From contig JANLSU010000002.1 in the NCBI GenBank assembly GCA_031362565.1, positions 1 to 17,474 on the forward strand: a DNA stretch of 17,474 bases, in the 5' to 3' direction. Made by a program: the position numbers and the translations under genes. Below are positions 8,279-16,559 of the stretch, piece after piece. Every line of letters starts with the position of its first letter. Within the stretch, counting starts at the first letter, position 1. The notes beneath the pieces were generated by a model that saw only the letters and a list, made by a program, of their open reading frames with translations, had not been told where the DNA came from and made no database searches. Source of the stretch: a bacterium (GTDB lineage Bacteria; Krumholzibacteriota; Krumholzibacteriia; G020349025).

Positions 8279-8295
8279 TGCAGGGTTCATGCCGT
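8279..8295 (-). promoter_or_regulatory. sigma54 (RpoN) -24/-12 promoter
   Basis: Minus strand ACGGCATG-AACC-CTGCA vs consensus YTGGCACG-N4-TTGCW, with exact GG-N10-GC spacing. Confidence 0.7.
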
Positions 8296-8321
8296 CTTCT
8301 GGCACTAGTCCTTCTTCCACG

Positions 8322-8334
8322 CAACTCACTGTTT
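8322..8334 (-). promoter_or_regulatory. IHF-like binding site
   Basis: Minus strand AAACAG-TGAG-TTG vs WATCAR-N4-TTR (1 mismatch). It lies between the -24 element and the candidate enhancer boxes. Confidence 0.45.
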
Positions 8335-8351
8335 TTCAATGGATAGGGCTC

Positions 8352-8389
8352 AAAAAGACAGGGTCCGGCGCGACTCGCCGGACCCTGTC
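8352..8389 (-). terminator. Rho-independent terminator of the 8811-8449 gene
   Basis: Perfect 14-bp stem GACAGGGTCCGGCG / CGCCGGACCCTGTC with a 5-nt loop, followed by TTTTT on the minus strand. Confidence 0.88.
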
Positions 8390-8393
8390 AAAA

Positions 8394-8427
8394 GGCAAAT
8401 TTTTTAACAACCGTTAATTCTCTGGAC
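8394..8427. promoter_or_regulatory. Candidate tandem upstream activator sequences (GTYAA-N5-TTRAC-like)
   Basis: GGCAAATTTTTTAAC (8394-8408) and GTTAATTCTCTGGAC (8413-8427), ~125-160 nt upstream of the predicted start site. Related boxes occur at 13467-13499. Confidence 0.5.
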
Positions 8428-8448
8428 GCCTCGTTTGAGTCCAGGCGG

Positions 8449-8811
8449 TTATTCCGTGTTCTGAGGTCCGGTGCGTTTGTCGATATCGCCGCTCTCCAGC
8501 GAGAACGGGACGGGCGTCGCGCCGACCGAAATCGTCGTGGTGATGTTCCGATTCACCCATCGGATCACGACCTGGACCGGTTCGGTGCCGGAAGTCCGGA
8601 CGGCCTCGCCTTTGACTCGGATGCTCGAGATCTCGATGAATGACACTTCGGCCGGGCCGTAGGTGGTGACCTCGACGATCTGCCCGTTCGCCAGGCGCGT
8701 CGAACTCGTGCCGCCGCCCACCGAGGGCGGAATGATGGTCTCCTGCGCAGAAGCCGCCACCGGCACAAGTGCCATGGCGCAAATCAACAGGCCAAAGCAA
8801 AGCTTTTTCAT
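8449..8811 (-). CDS. Small secreted beta-rich hypothetical protein (120 aa)
   Basis: Classic signal peptide MKKLCFGLLICAMALVPVAASA-Q. It has its own sigma70-like promoter and a strong terminator. Confidence 0.85.
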   Translation of the reverse strand: MKKLCFGLLICAMALVPVAASAQETIIPPSVGGGTSSTRLANGQIVEVTTYGPAEVSFIEISSIRVKGEAVRTSGTEPVQVVIRWVNRNITTTISVGATPVPFSLESGDIDKRTGPQNTE

Positions 8812-8851
8812 CGCATGCCCCGATCCCTTGGGGAACTACCCGAGTGAGCGA

Positions 8852-8880
8852 AGTATACGCCGCGCGGGGCCGAGCGTCCA
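8852..8880 (-). promoter_or_regulatory. sigma70-type promoter for the 120-aa gene
   Basis: Minus strand TGGACG-17 nt-TATACT, ~40 nt upstream of ATG 8811. Confidence 0.65.
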
Positions 8881-8894
8881 CGCCATTCTGAAGG

Positions 8895-8911
8895 CTGGCA
8901 CGGACCTGGCG
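8895..8911 (+). promoter_or_regulatory. sigma54-like -24/-12 element pointing antisense into the bEBP 3' end
   Basis: CTGGCACG-GACC-TGGCG: perfect -24 box, GG-N10-GC spacing, and TGGC at -12. Confidence 0.4.
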
Positions 8912-8954
8912 CCGGCGGCGCTGCCGGACCCTACCCGCCCCGGGGACGGGGGGG

Positions 8955-11900
8955 TCACTTCAAGCGCGTGTAGAGGGTCGGCTTGCTGATTCCGAGCATT
9001 CGGGCACTCAGGGTTTTCTCGCGGAATTTGTCGACCGCGGCCCGGGCCAGCGCTTTTTCCAGGCTTTCCATGAGTGGGTCACGGATCGAGTAGGCGGCGT
9101 GGTCGAGGATCCAGCGCGCCACTTCGTCGATCGACGCCTCGCCGGGCGTTTCGCCGCCCTCGCGGCCGCGCAGCACTGCCGTCGGCAGGTCTTCCGGCAA
9201 TAGGACGTCGCGATTCGAAAGCACCAGGCTGCCCTTCATGGCGTTTTCGAGTTCGCGAATGTTGCCCGGCCAGGCGTAGCGCATCATGATGCGCAGCGCC
9301 TCACCCGACACCGTCTTCGGACGCAGGCCCATGAGCCCGGAGTGCATCTTCAGAAAGAACTTCGCCAGGTCGGGAATATCCTCGCGCCGTTCACGAAGCG
9401 GCGGCATGGTGAGTGCGAGGACATTGATGCGATGAAAGAGGTCGCGCCGGAACCGGCCGGCTTCGACCGCCGCCTCGAGTTTTTGATTCGTTGCCGCCAC
9501 GATCCGCACGTCGACGCGGGTCGGCTCGGTCGCACCGACCCGGGTGATCGTCTTGTCTTGCAGCACTCGCAAGAGTTTGGTTTGCATATCCCAGGGCATG
9601 TCGCCGATCTCGTCCAGGAGCATCGTGCCGCGGTGTGCCGCTTCGAAGAAACCCTTGCGCGACTCGTGCGCATCGGTGAAGGCGCCCTTTTCGTTGCCGA
9701 ACAACTCGCGCTCCCACAGCGCTTCGGGAATCGCCGTGCAGTTGATGCTGATGAGCGGAAATCCGCGGCGTTTGCCGGTGCCATGAATGGCGCGTGCGAC
9801 GACTTCCTTCCCGGTGCCGTTGTCGCCCATGAGCAACACCGTGGCGTCCAAGTCGCGCACCTGGCGGACGAAATCGACGATGTGCTGGCGCGCCGAGCTG
9901 CGGCCGATGATGCTGTCGAGGCCGGTTTCGTCCGCCGCCGGCGCCAAGGGGCTCGCATCGCCGGCCGTCGACATCTTCCGCATGCCCGGCGCCGATTCGC
10001 GCTCCAGAACGAACGCAACGTGCTGGGCAATCGTGCGCAGTACCGGCATTTTCGCTTCTTCGAGTTGCGGTGCGCCGAGGTCCCATTCCAAGTAGATGCA
10101 ACCGACCGCGACGTCGGCGGCCTCCAGCGGCAGCACATAGAAAGGCCGCGCCGGCTTCTCGCCCGGCACGTCGTCGGATCCGAACGGCACGAGCATTTGG
10201 AGAGCGCGGCCGACAAGGCGCGGATGATCGAGAATCGCCGGTGGCTCGACACCGGGAGCGTGATCGGTCACCGACGCACGATGCGGCACCGAGTCGGCGC
10301 CGACGACCACGACGTGGCGAGCACCAGAGACGGCGCGCAACTCCTGGAGAATCGATTCGAGCGCCCGGCCATCGCTGCCGGAACTCGCCGCGAGGGCCGC
10401 GGTCCGGCACAACGCATCCACGAGCCGCGTGCTGTCGGCGCCTTCCACGGCCGTAACGTTGGTGCCGAGCACCGCCTCGAGGTCCACGAGTTGTTTCGGT
10501 GTGACGCCGGCGCCATCGCGCGCGAACATCGGACGCGCCCGCTCGACCAGGTCGCGGGCCCGGGATTCGACGCCGCTGTCGTGATAGAGCTGGGCTGCTT
10601 TCAGGAACACTTCGGCAGCCCGGCGGGTGTTCCCCAGACGCGCCAAATTGTTCCCCGCATGCTCGTAGGACAACGCCGCCTGGCGCAAATCGCCTTGGGC
10701 ATGGCGCAACTCGCCGTGCGTCAGATGCCAGTTCGCCTCCTCGAGCGGTGAACCGGCACTCGACAGATACTCTTCCGCCTCCCGCAGACGCTGCTCGGCG
10801 TTGTCGAGGTGGCCGCTCCGCAGTTCCAGGCTGGCGAACTTGCGCAAGTTCACGAACAACTCGGCCATGTCGCCGAGGGCCCGCGTTTCGTCGATCGCTT
10901 CCTGCAAGACGGCGCGCGCTTCCGGCATGCGTTCCTGCAGCAAGTAGATCTCGCCCAGCAATCCTTTCCCAAGCGCCCGGGTACTTGGAACGCCCAGATC
11001 GTCGCCCAGGCGGCAGGCGCGGATTGCATGCTCCTCGGCTGTGTCGAGATTGCCCATCTCGAAGTGCACCCACCCGAGATTGACGAGATTGCGTGCTACC
11101 CCTTCCTCGTCACCCAGCTCCTGGCGAATCGCGACACTTCTCTGATGATGCTCGAGCGATTCCGGGAAGCGGTGCATGGCGCGGTACAGAACGCCGAGGT
11201 TGTTGTACACGCGCGCCACCGCGAGCCGGTCGCCGATTTTCTCGCGCAGCGCCAAGCAGGTCGAAAAATATTGTTCGGCTTCCTCGTAGCGGCTGGTCTT
11301 CCAGCGGATCGAAGCCAGCGCGCTGTAGACCTGCGCGACGTCCTTGGCGTCATCGCGCGCGTCGAGCAGCTTGAGCGCCACTTGGCAACGGTCCTCGGCC
11401 GCATTGAAGCGGCTCAACCGCAGCTCGCAATACGCCTGCTCCGAGAACAGGCGGCCGCGGTCCGAAGCGCGCAAGCGGTCGCCGAAACGTTCCAAGAACC
11501 GCTGCACGAGGTCGAGAGCCCGCGCCGGCCCCACCCGCCGCTCCAGAAGATCGGCATGTGCCAAGATCATTGCGGTCACGTTCTCGAAGTCGAACCCGTC
11601 GGCCTCGTTCTCCGCCGACTGGAACAAGCGTTCCGCCGCGCGCTCATAGTAACTTTGGCCTTCGCTGAACTTGCCGTGCTCGACTTCCCAAGCACCGAGC
11701 CGTTGCAGAAGCCACAGCAAGCGCGGCAGCGGCACGTGATGGACGAGGTTCGAACTCACCAGTTTGCGCTGCACGGCGCGGCATAGGGTGTCGAGACCGC
11801 GTTTTTCCGCGGCTTTGAGCAGCGGTTCCGCGGCGATCACCGCATCTTCCCAACTGCCGCCGGCAAAGAGATGATGAAACCGCAAGTAGCGCTGGCCGAG

Positions 11901-13451
11901 CGATTGCGCGTCGGAGTGTTCGAGCAGATGTGAAATGAGCAGATGCAACTCTTCACGGCGTTCCGGGGTCAGCGCCGAACGCCGCGCCTCGAGCACGTCG
12001 GGACGCAAGGCGCGCAGCACGAGCCGTAACTCGGAACCCCACCAACCGCCGGAATCCAGTTGCCGGCGGACGTGCCCGGCCCGCTCCAGTTCGACGATCG
12101 CCTCGGGCAAACTTGCTTCCTGGCTCGGCAGCGCTTGGCGCAACATGGCGGCCGTCGCATCGACTTCCAGCACACAAAGCAGATCCAGCAAATGCCGGGC
12201 GGCAGGCGATGTCGGTGGCGCCGGGTCCGCGAACGCGGCGTCGACGATCGATACCGTGCGCACCGCGACGTCGGCGCCGCAGCACGCCCGCGCCCAGGTC
12301 GCGACATCGCCACCGGTTGAATCCGGCAGGACCGCTCCACGCCGCATGCCGACGACGGCCAGGAAAGGCCGCACCCGGTCCCACTGCAGCGTGGCGAGCG
12401 GCAAGAGTTGGGGCTCGCCCGGCTGCTCGTCGGGCACCAACAGAACATGGCCGCCATCGCCCACGAGATCGCGCGGCTCCCAAGCACTCAGCGCTTCAAT
12501 CCAGGTCACACGCGGCCGCTCGGTGAGAAAGGACAACCGTTCACGCACCCGGAAGAAGAGCTGCTTCAGGCCGGCGCCGTTTGCCCCACCCTCGATCACC
12601 ACGACGCTGCTGCGTCCGGCTGCGAGTTGTTCCAAACACGCATCCATCGCTTCGATGACAGCCGACTCACTGGCGCCGAATGCGGTGACGCGCACATCGG
12701 ACAGGCGTTCGACACTGCGCCGCAGGGGGTCGGCGTTGACCGGCGCAAAGGGTTCGTCGAGTTCGCGCGCCAATACATCGGGGCCGGTGCGCAACTCGGG
12801 TTCGAGGGCCAGCATGCGCATGACCCGCGGCAGCCATTCGGGAGCCGCATCGTTGCCGCGATCGACGATCGCTGCCAGCACCGCACCGAGCATGTATCCG
12901 TCGGTGGTCGAGGCGAACAAACCGGCGTGCCGCAGTTCCGGCGGTTGGTATGGCGACCGCGCGCCTAAGCGCGCCAACATTTCGAACGGCAGCACCCACG
13001 CTCCGGGCAGCACCACGAAGCGGTCGCCCTGCCACGCCAAGTACTCCGGCCGCAAATTGAGGATGTGATCGCCGCCGGCATTCGCCGCCGCGAGATCGAC
13101 GAGTAGTGCTTGCAGGGCATGGGTATCCGGCAATCGGGTCGGCGCCAACCCGTGGAGCGCGAGGTCGTCGTCGGTCGAATACACATAGTAGGGGCCCTGG
13201 GACCAGGATCCGACCGCGAGGACCGGCACAAAACTCGGCAGCGCCGCAAACCGCTCGATGCGGTTCCGGAGCGCCGGCAGCCAGTCTTCGGTCCAGCGCC
13301 CCGCAATCCGGTCGAAGCCGTCGGCCGCCGGGCATTCCAGCACGTCGATCCGGCCGCGAATCAGGTCGCTGGCCCGATACCGGGTGCGCCCGGCGAGCTT
13401 GGGCAAGGGCTCGAGGATCCGGAACTTGGAGTCGACAATCGTCTCGGCCAC
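8955..13451 (-). CDS. Giant sigma54 enhancer-binding protein: degenerate protein-kinase-like domain + degenerate P-loop domain + TPRs + GAF-like + AAA+ + Fis-type HTH
   Basis: GTG follows GGAGG. AAA+ motifs GDNGTGKE, INCTAIPE, ELFGNEKGAFTDA, LLDEIGDM, AATN, FRRDLFHRIN and WPGNIRELEN. HTH ARMLGISKPTLY. TPRs such as ARVYNNLGVLY and ARNLVNLGWVH. N-terminal kinase remnants LNLRPEY, YQPPE and DGYMLG. Confidence 0.9.
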   Translation of the reverse strand: MAETIVDSKFRILEPLPKLAGRTRYRASDLIRGRIDVLECPAADGFDRIAGRWTEDWLPALRNRIERFAALPSFVPVLAVGSWSQGPYYVYSTDDDLALHGLAPTRLPDTHALQALLVDLAAANAGGDHILNLRPEYLAWQGDRFVVLPGAWVLPFEMLARLGARSPYQPPELRHAGLFASTTDGYMLGAVLAAIVDRGNDAAPEWLPRVMRMLALEPELRTGPDVLARELDEPFAPVNADPLRRSVERLSDVRVTAFGASESAVIEAMDACLEQLAAGRSSVVVIEGGANGAGLKQLFFRVRERLSFLTERPRVTWIEALSAWEPRDLVGDGGHVLLVPDEQPGEPQLLPLATLQWDRVRPFLAVVGMRRGAVLPDSTGGDVATWARACCGADVAVRTVSIVDAAFADPAPPTSPAARHLLDLLCVLEVDATAAMLRQALPSQEASLPEAIVELERAGHVRRQLDSGGWWGSELRLVLRALRPDVLEARRSALTPERREELHLLISHLLEHSDAQSLGQRYLRFHHLFAGGSWEDAVIAAEPLLKAAEKRGLDTLCRAVQRKLVSSNLVHHVPLPRLLWLLQRLGAWEVEHGKFSEGQSYYERAAERLFQSAENEADGFDFENVTAMILAHADLLERRVGPARALDLVQRFLERFGDRLRASDRGRLFSEQAYCELRLSRFNAAEDRCQVALKLLDARDDAKDVAQVYSALASIRWKTSRYEEAEQYFSTCLALREKIGDRLAVARVYNNLGVLYRAMHRFPESLEHHQRSVAIRQELGDEEGVARNLVNLGWVHFEMGNLDTAEEHAIRACRLGDDLGVPSTRALGKGLLGEIYLLQERMPEARAVLQEAIDETRALGDMAELFVNLRKFASLELRSGHLDNAEQRLREAEEYLSSAGSPLEEANWHLTHGELRHAQGDLRQAALSYEHAGNNLARLGNTRRAAEVFLKAAQLYHDSGVESRARDLVERARPMFARDGAGVTPKQLVDLEAVLGTNVTAVEGADSTRLVDALCRTAALAASSGSDGRALESILQELRAVSGARHVVVVGADSVPHRASVTDHAPGVEPPAILDHPRLVGRALQMLVPFGSDDVPGEKPARPFYVLPLEAADVAVGCIYLEWDLGAPQLEEAKMPVLRTIAQHVAFVLERESAPGMRKMSTAGDASPLAPAADETGLDSIIGRSSARQHIVDFVRQVRDLDATVLLMGDNGTGKEVVARAIHGTGKRRGFPLISINCTAIPEALWERELFGNEKGAFTDAHESRKGFFEAAHRGTMLLDEIGDMPWDMQTKLLRVLQDKTITRVGATEPTRVDVRIVAATNQKLEAAVEAGRFRRDLFHRINVLALTMPPLRERREDIPDLAKFFLKMHSGLMGLRPKTVSGEALRIMMRYAWPGNIRELENAMKGSLVLSNRDVLLPEDLPTAVLRGREGGETPGEASIDEVARWILDHAAYSIRDPLMESLEKALARAAVDKFREKTLSARMLGISKPTLYTRLK

Positions 13452-13466
13452 GGGACGGCCCTCCGC

Positions 13467-13500
13467 GTTAAAAAAAGGCCCACCGTCAATATTTTTAACA
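13467..13500. promoter_or_regulatory. Tandem GTYAA-N5-TTRAC-like boxes at the bEBP promoter (candidate autoregulatory site)
   Basis: GTTAAAAAAAGGCCC (13467-13481, half-site) and GTCAATATTTTTAAC (13485-13499). The latter plus the following A is 13/16 identical to 8394-8409. Confidence 0.5.
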
Positions 13501-13526
13501 CGTAGGGAGGGTCTGGTTCAAGTTCG

Positions 13527-13555
13527 TTGCCCGGCGTAGGGGCCGCGCCTATTCT
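13527..13555 (+). promoter_or_regulatory. sigma70-type promoter for the two-component operon
   Basis: TTGCCC-17 nt-TATTCT, 36 nt before GTG 13592, with GGAGG near 13580. Confidence 0.55.
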
Positions 13556-13591
13556 GCCCCTCAACGCAGAAGGTGGCGCGGAGGCCGGTCA

Positions 13592-14944
13592 GTGTTTCGA
13601 ACGAATTCCAGACGAACTCTATTGATCGCCGCCCTGGTCGGGGTCGGGGTGATCGTATTGAATGTTGCCCTCGGCCTGCTGTACCGCGAGTCGCGCCGGG
13701 GCGTCGAAGCCGAACTCGGGCGCCGCCTCGAAGACGTCGTTAGCGTCTTGGGCCGGTTCCTCGATCCGAACTTGGTGCAACGTGCCGCCACCGAGGCCTT
13801 CGCACCGGTCGACTCGGCGGGCGGATCCGGTCCGCCGGCGCCGCGGCCGGCCGCCGATTCCTTGCGTGCGATTCTGAACGAGGTCGCCGATGCGACCGAC
13901 CTGGCGAACGTGCGGGTCTACGACGCAGTCGGTGTGGCATTTCTCGATATCGCCGGACTCGGGCACAGCGACACCGCACCCGAAGCACTCGATCCCGCCG
14001 GAGTCACTGCCGCGCTCACCGGCTCGACCGTGCACAGCGAGCCCTTCGAGTCGGGCGGCGAGTTCTTGATGGCCGGATACGCGCCGGTCCGCGACGCTGC
14101 CGGCGTGCCGGTCGCGGCGGTCGCCGTCGAGGCCGACGCGCGTTTTTTCGAAGCCGTGCAGCGGTTGCGTTTCGCGATGATCGGCAGCGCCGTGCTGAGC
14201 GCGCTCGTCCTGATCGGGCTCGGCGTGACATTCGCGCGCGTGCAAGCGTCGCTGCAGCACGCCCAGGCCGCCATGCAACAGGCCGAGACGCTGGCCGCCA
14301 TGGGCCGCATGGCCGCCGGCATCGCCCACGAGATCCGCAACCCGCTCGGCATCATCAAGGCCACCGCGGCACGGCTCAAGAAGCGTTATGACGACAGCGC
14401 CAATCCGGACGAGCGTTTCGATTACATTTCCGACGAGGTCGAGCGCCTGAATGCCATCTTGACCGGCTATCTCAGCTTCGCCCGCGACGAACCGTCGGTG
14501 CGCACGGCGCTCGATCTCACGCTGCTCGTGCAACGCAGCATGCGGCTCGCGGCGCCGGAACTGGAGAGTGCCGGCGTCCAGGTCGAAGTGCAGACGCCGC
14601 CCGAGTGCACGGTGCTGGGCGACGCGCAACGCCTGCAGCAAGTGGTTTTGAACTTGGTGCTGAACGCGGCCCAAGCGATGCTGCAGGGCGGCAGCCTCGT
14701 GGTCCGGCTCGAGGCCGCCCACGGAATGGCACGACTGAGCTTCGAAGACACCGGGCCGGGGCTGCCGCCGGGCGCCCGCGACCGGCTCTTCGAACCATTC
14801 GTGACGACCAAGGAGAAAGGCAGCGGACTCGGCCTCGCGGTGGCGCAACGCATCGTCGAGGAGCATGAGGGCCGCATCACACTGGGCGACGCGGCGGGCG
14901 GCGGCGCCCGCGTCGAAGTCGCACTGCCACTCGCAGCCGGTTGA
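13592..14944 (+). CDS. Membrane sensor histidine kinase (NtrB/ZraS/AtoS-like)
   Basis: Two TM segments flank a periplasmic Cache-like region (GYAPVRD). H-box AHEIRNPL, N-box QVVLNLVLNA, G1 DTGPG, F-box LFEPFVTTK and G2 GSGLGL. Confidence 0.95.
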   Translation: MFRTNSRRTLLIAALVGVGVIVLNVALGLLYRESRRGVEAELGRRLEDVVSVLGRFLDPNLVQRAATEAFAPVDSAGGSGPPAPRPAADSLRAILNEVADATDLANVRVYDAVGVAFLDIAGLGHSDTAPEALDPAGVTAALTGSTVHSEPFESGGEFLMAGYAPVRDAAGVPVAAVAVEADARFFEAVQRLRFAMIGSAVLSALVLIGLGVTFARVQASLQHAQAAMQQAETLAAMGRMAAGIAHEIRNPLGIIKATAARLKKRYDDSANPDERFDYISDEVERLNAILTGYLSFARDEPSVRTALDLTLLVQRSMRLAAPELESAGVQVEVQTPPECTVLGDAQRLQQVVLNLVLNAAQAMLQGGSLVVRLEAAHGMARLSFEDTGPGLPPGARDRLFEPFVTTKEKGSGLGLAVAQRIVEEHEGRITLGDAAGGGARVEVALPLAAG

Positions 14945-14960
14945 AGCACTGGAGACTCGC

Positions 14961-16334
14961 ATGACCGACATCCTCATCGTCGACGACGAGAAGCGCATGG
15001 GCCTGCTCCTCAAGGAGGAATTGCAGGACGCCGGCTACACGGTGGATGTCGAGTCGACGGGCGCCGGCGCGCTGGCACGGCTCGACGCCCAGCACTACGC
15101 GCTCGTGCTGTCCGATATCCGCATGGCGCCGCCCGACGGGCTCGAGATCCTGCGCATCACGAAGGAAAAATCGCCGTCGACGGACGTCATCATGATGACC
15201 GCGTATGCGTCGACGCAGACGGCGGTGCAAGCGATGAAACTTGGCGCCTACGACTATGTCATCAAGCCCTTCGACATGGAGGAAGTGCGCCTCATGGTGC
15301 AGCGGGCGTTCGAGCGCCAGGGATTGACGCGCGACAAGGCTACCCTGGCGCGCGAAAACGCCACGTTGCGCGATCAGCTGGCCGGCGTGCACCGCTCGAC
15401 GATCGTCGGCGAAAGTGCCGCGATCCAGGAATTGCGCCGCCTCATCGTTTTGGTGGCCGAATCCGAGGCGACCGTCTTCGTGAAGGGCGCGAGCGGCGCC
15501 GGCAAGGAACTCGTGGCGGCCGAGATCCACGCCCAGAGCCGGCGCGCCGGTGCGCCGTTCGTGGCCGTCAACTGCGCCGCCATCCCCGACACGTTGCTCG
15601 AGGGCGAACTTTTCGGTTCGGAAAAGGGCGCCTACACCGGCGCCGACGCGCGCAAGATCGGCCGCTTCGAGATGGCGCAGCACGGCACCATCTTTCTCGA
15701 CGAGATCGGCGAGATGGGTGCCGGCGTGCAGGCCAAACTGCTACGCGTGTTGGAGGAGCGCAAGATCACGCGCTTGGGCGGCAGCGGGCCCATCGATGTC
15801 GACATTCGCATCATCGCCGCTACGAATCGCAACCTCGAGGACATGATCCGCGACGGCCGCTTTCGGGACGACCTCTTCTACCGGCTGAATGTCTTTCCGA
15901 TCGAAGTGCCGCCGCTCGCGGCGCGCCGCGCCGATGTGCCGCTCTTGGCGGAGTTCTTTCTGCGCGAGCTGCGTTACGCACATTCCAAGTTGCCGTTGGA
16001 TGCGATCGAGGTCTTGCGGGCCCACGATTGGCCGGGCAACGTCCGCGAGTTGCGCAACGTCGTCGAGCGGGCCACCATCTTGGCGCGCGGGGGGCCGATC
16101 GAAGCGCTGCATTTCAGCCTGCCGCGGGCGCCGGGCGCCGCGGCCGCCAACGGCCCGATTTCGCTCGAGATGGACGTGCCGGAAGGCGGCATCGATCTCG
16201 AGCAGCTCGAAAAAAACCTCATCGGTAAGGCCTTGGTGCGGGCCGGCGGCAACAAATCGCAGGCCGCCCGGTTGCTGGGGATGACGCGCCGTACCTTGTA
16301 CAGTCGCATGGAGAAGCATGGGATCCAGGACTGA
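14961..16334 (+). CDS. sigma54-dependent response regulator (NtrC/AtoC/ZraR family)
   Basis: ATG 14961 follows GGAG. Receiver motifs VDDE, SDIRM, MTAY and KPF. AAA+ motifs GASGAGKE, GAYTGA, FLDEIGE and WPGNVRELRN. HTH GNKSQAARLLGMTRRTLY. Confidence 0.95.
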   Translation: MTDILIVDDEKRMGLLLKEELQDAGYTVDVESTGAGALARLDAQHYALVLSDIRMAPPDGLEILRITKEKSPSTDVIMMTAYASTQTAVQAMKLGAYDYVIKPFDMEEVRLMVQRAFERQGLTRDKATLARENATLRDQLAGVHRSTIVGESAAIQELRRLIVLVAESEATVFVKGASGAGKELVAAEIHAQSRRAGAPFVAVNCAAIPDTLLEGELFGSEKGAYTGADARKIGRFEMAQHGTIFLDEIGEMGAGVQAKLLRVLEERKITRLGGSGPIDVDIRIIAATNRNLEDMIRDGRFRDDLFYRLNVFPIEVPPLAARRADVPLLAEFFLRELRYAHSKLPLDAIEVLRAHDWPGNVRELRNVVERATILARGGPIEALHFSLPRAPGAAAANGPISLEMDVPEGGIDLEQLEKNLIGKALVRAGGNKSQAARLLGMTRRTLYSRMEKHGIQD

Positions 16335-16458
16335 CGCCGTCCCGGCAGGGGCGCATGGGCGCCGGATTTTGTACCGGATGGGACGCCGGGGCCCGGCAGC
16401 GAAGCACGTCGGAATCTGCAACCGGCTGAAACGGAATGACTTGCGCTAGCCGGTCCGG

Positions 16459-16475
16459 GTGGACTGCGGCTTGCA
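16459..16475 (+). promoter_or_regulatory. Possible sigma54 promoter for the downstream gene
   Basis: GTGGACTG-CGGC-TTGCA: GG-N10-GC spacing, perfect -12 and atypical -24. Confidence 0.4.
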
Positions 16476-16559
16476 GTCCGAAGTGCGAGCCGAACCATAT
16501 GCACCGGGGACGGCTTAGGGGCAGGATCGACGCGATCCCGGCTTTTCCAGGAGACGGCC

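Noticed and set aside
8298..8316. Plus-strand TGGCAC as a sigma54 promoter
   Set aside because: No GC at the -12 position (GG-N10-TC).
7636..8339. Short ORFs across the intergenic region (7636-8145, 8070-8339, 7889-8308, 7842-8126)
   Set aside because: Poorly placed or absent RBS, atypical composition, overlap with the hydrolase gene or promoter, and no recognisable motifs.
622..14960. Upstream start extensions in the ORF track (622, 2899, 2846, 4239, 7856, 14865)
   Set aside because: Downstream starts (742, 2812, 2930, 4524, 7793, 14961) fit RBS position, signal peptides or domain boundaries better.
9342..15013. Long antisense or alternative-frame ORFs (e.g. 9342-10751, 9391-11073, 10809-11786, 13619-15013)
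   Set aside because: Shadow ORFs typical of high-GC DNA that overlap well-supported genes.
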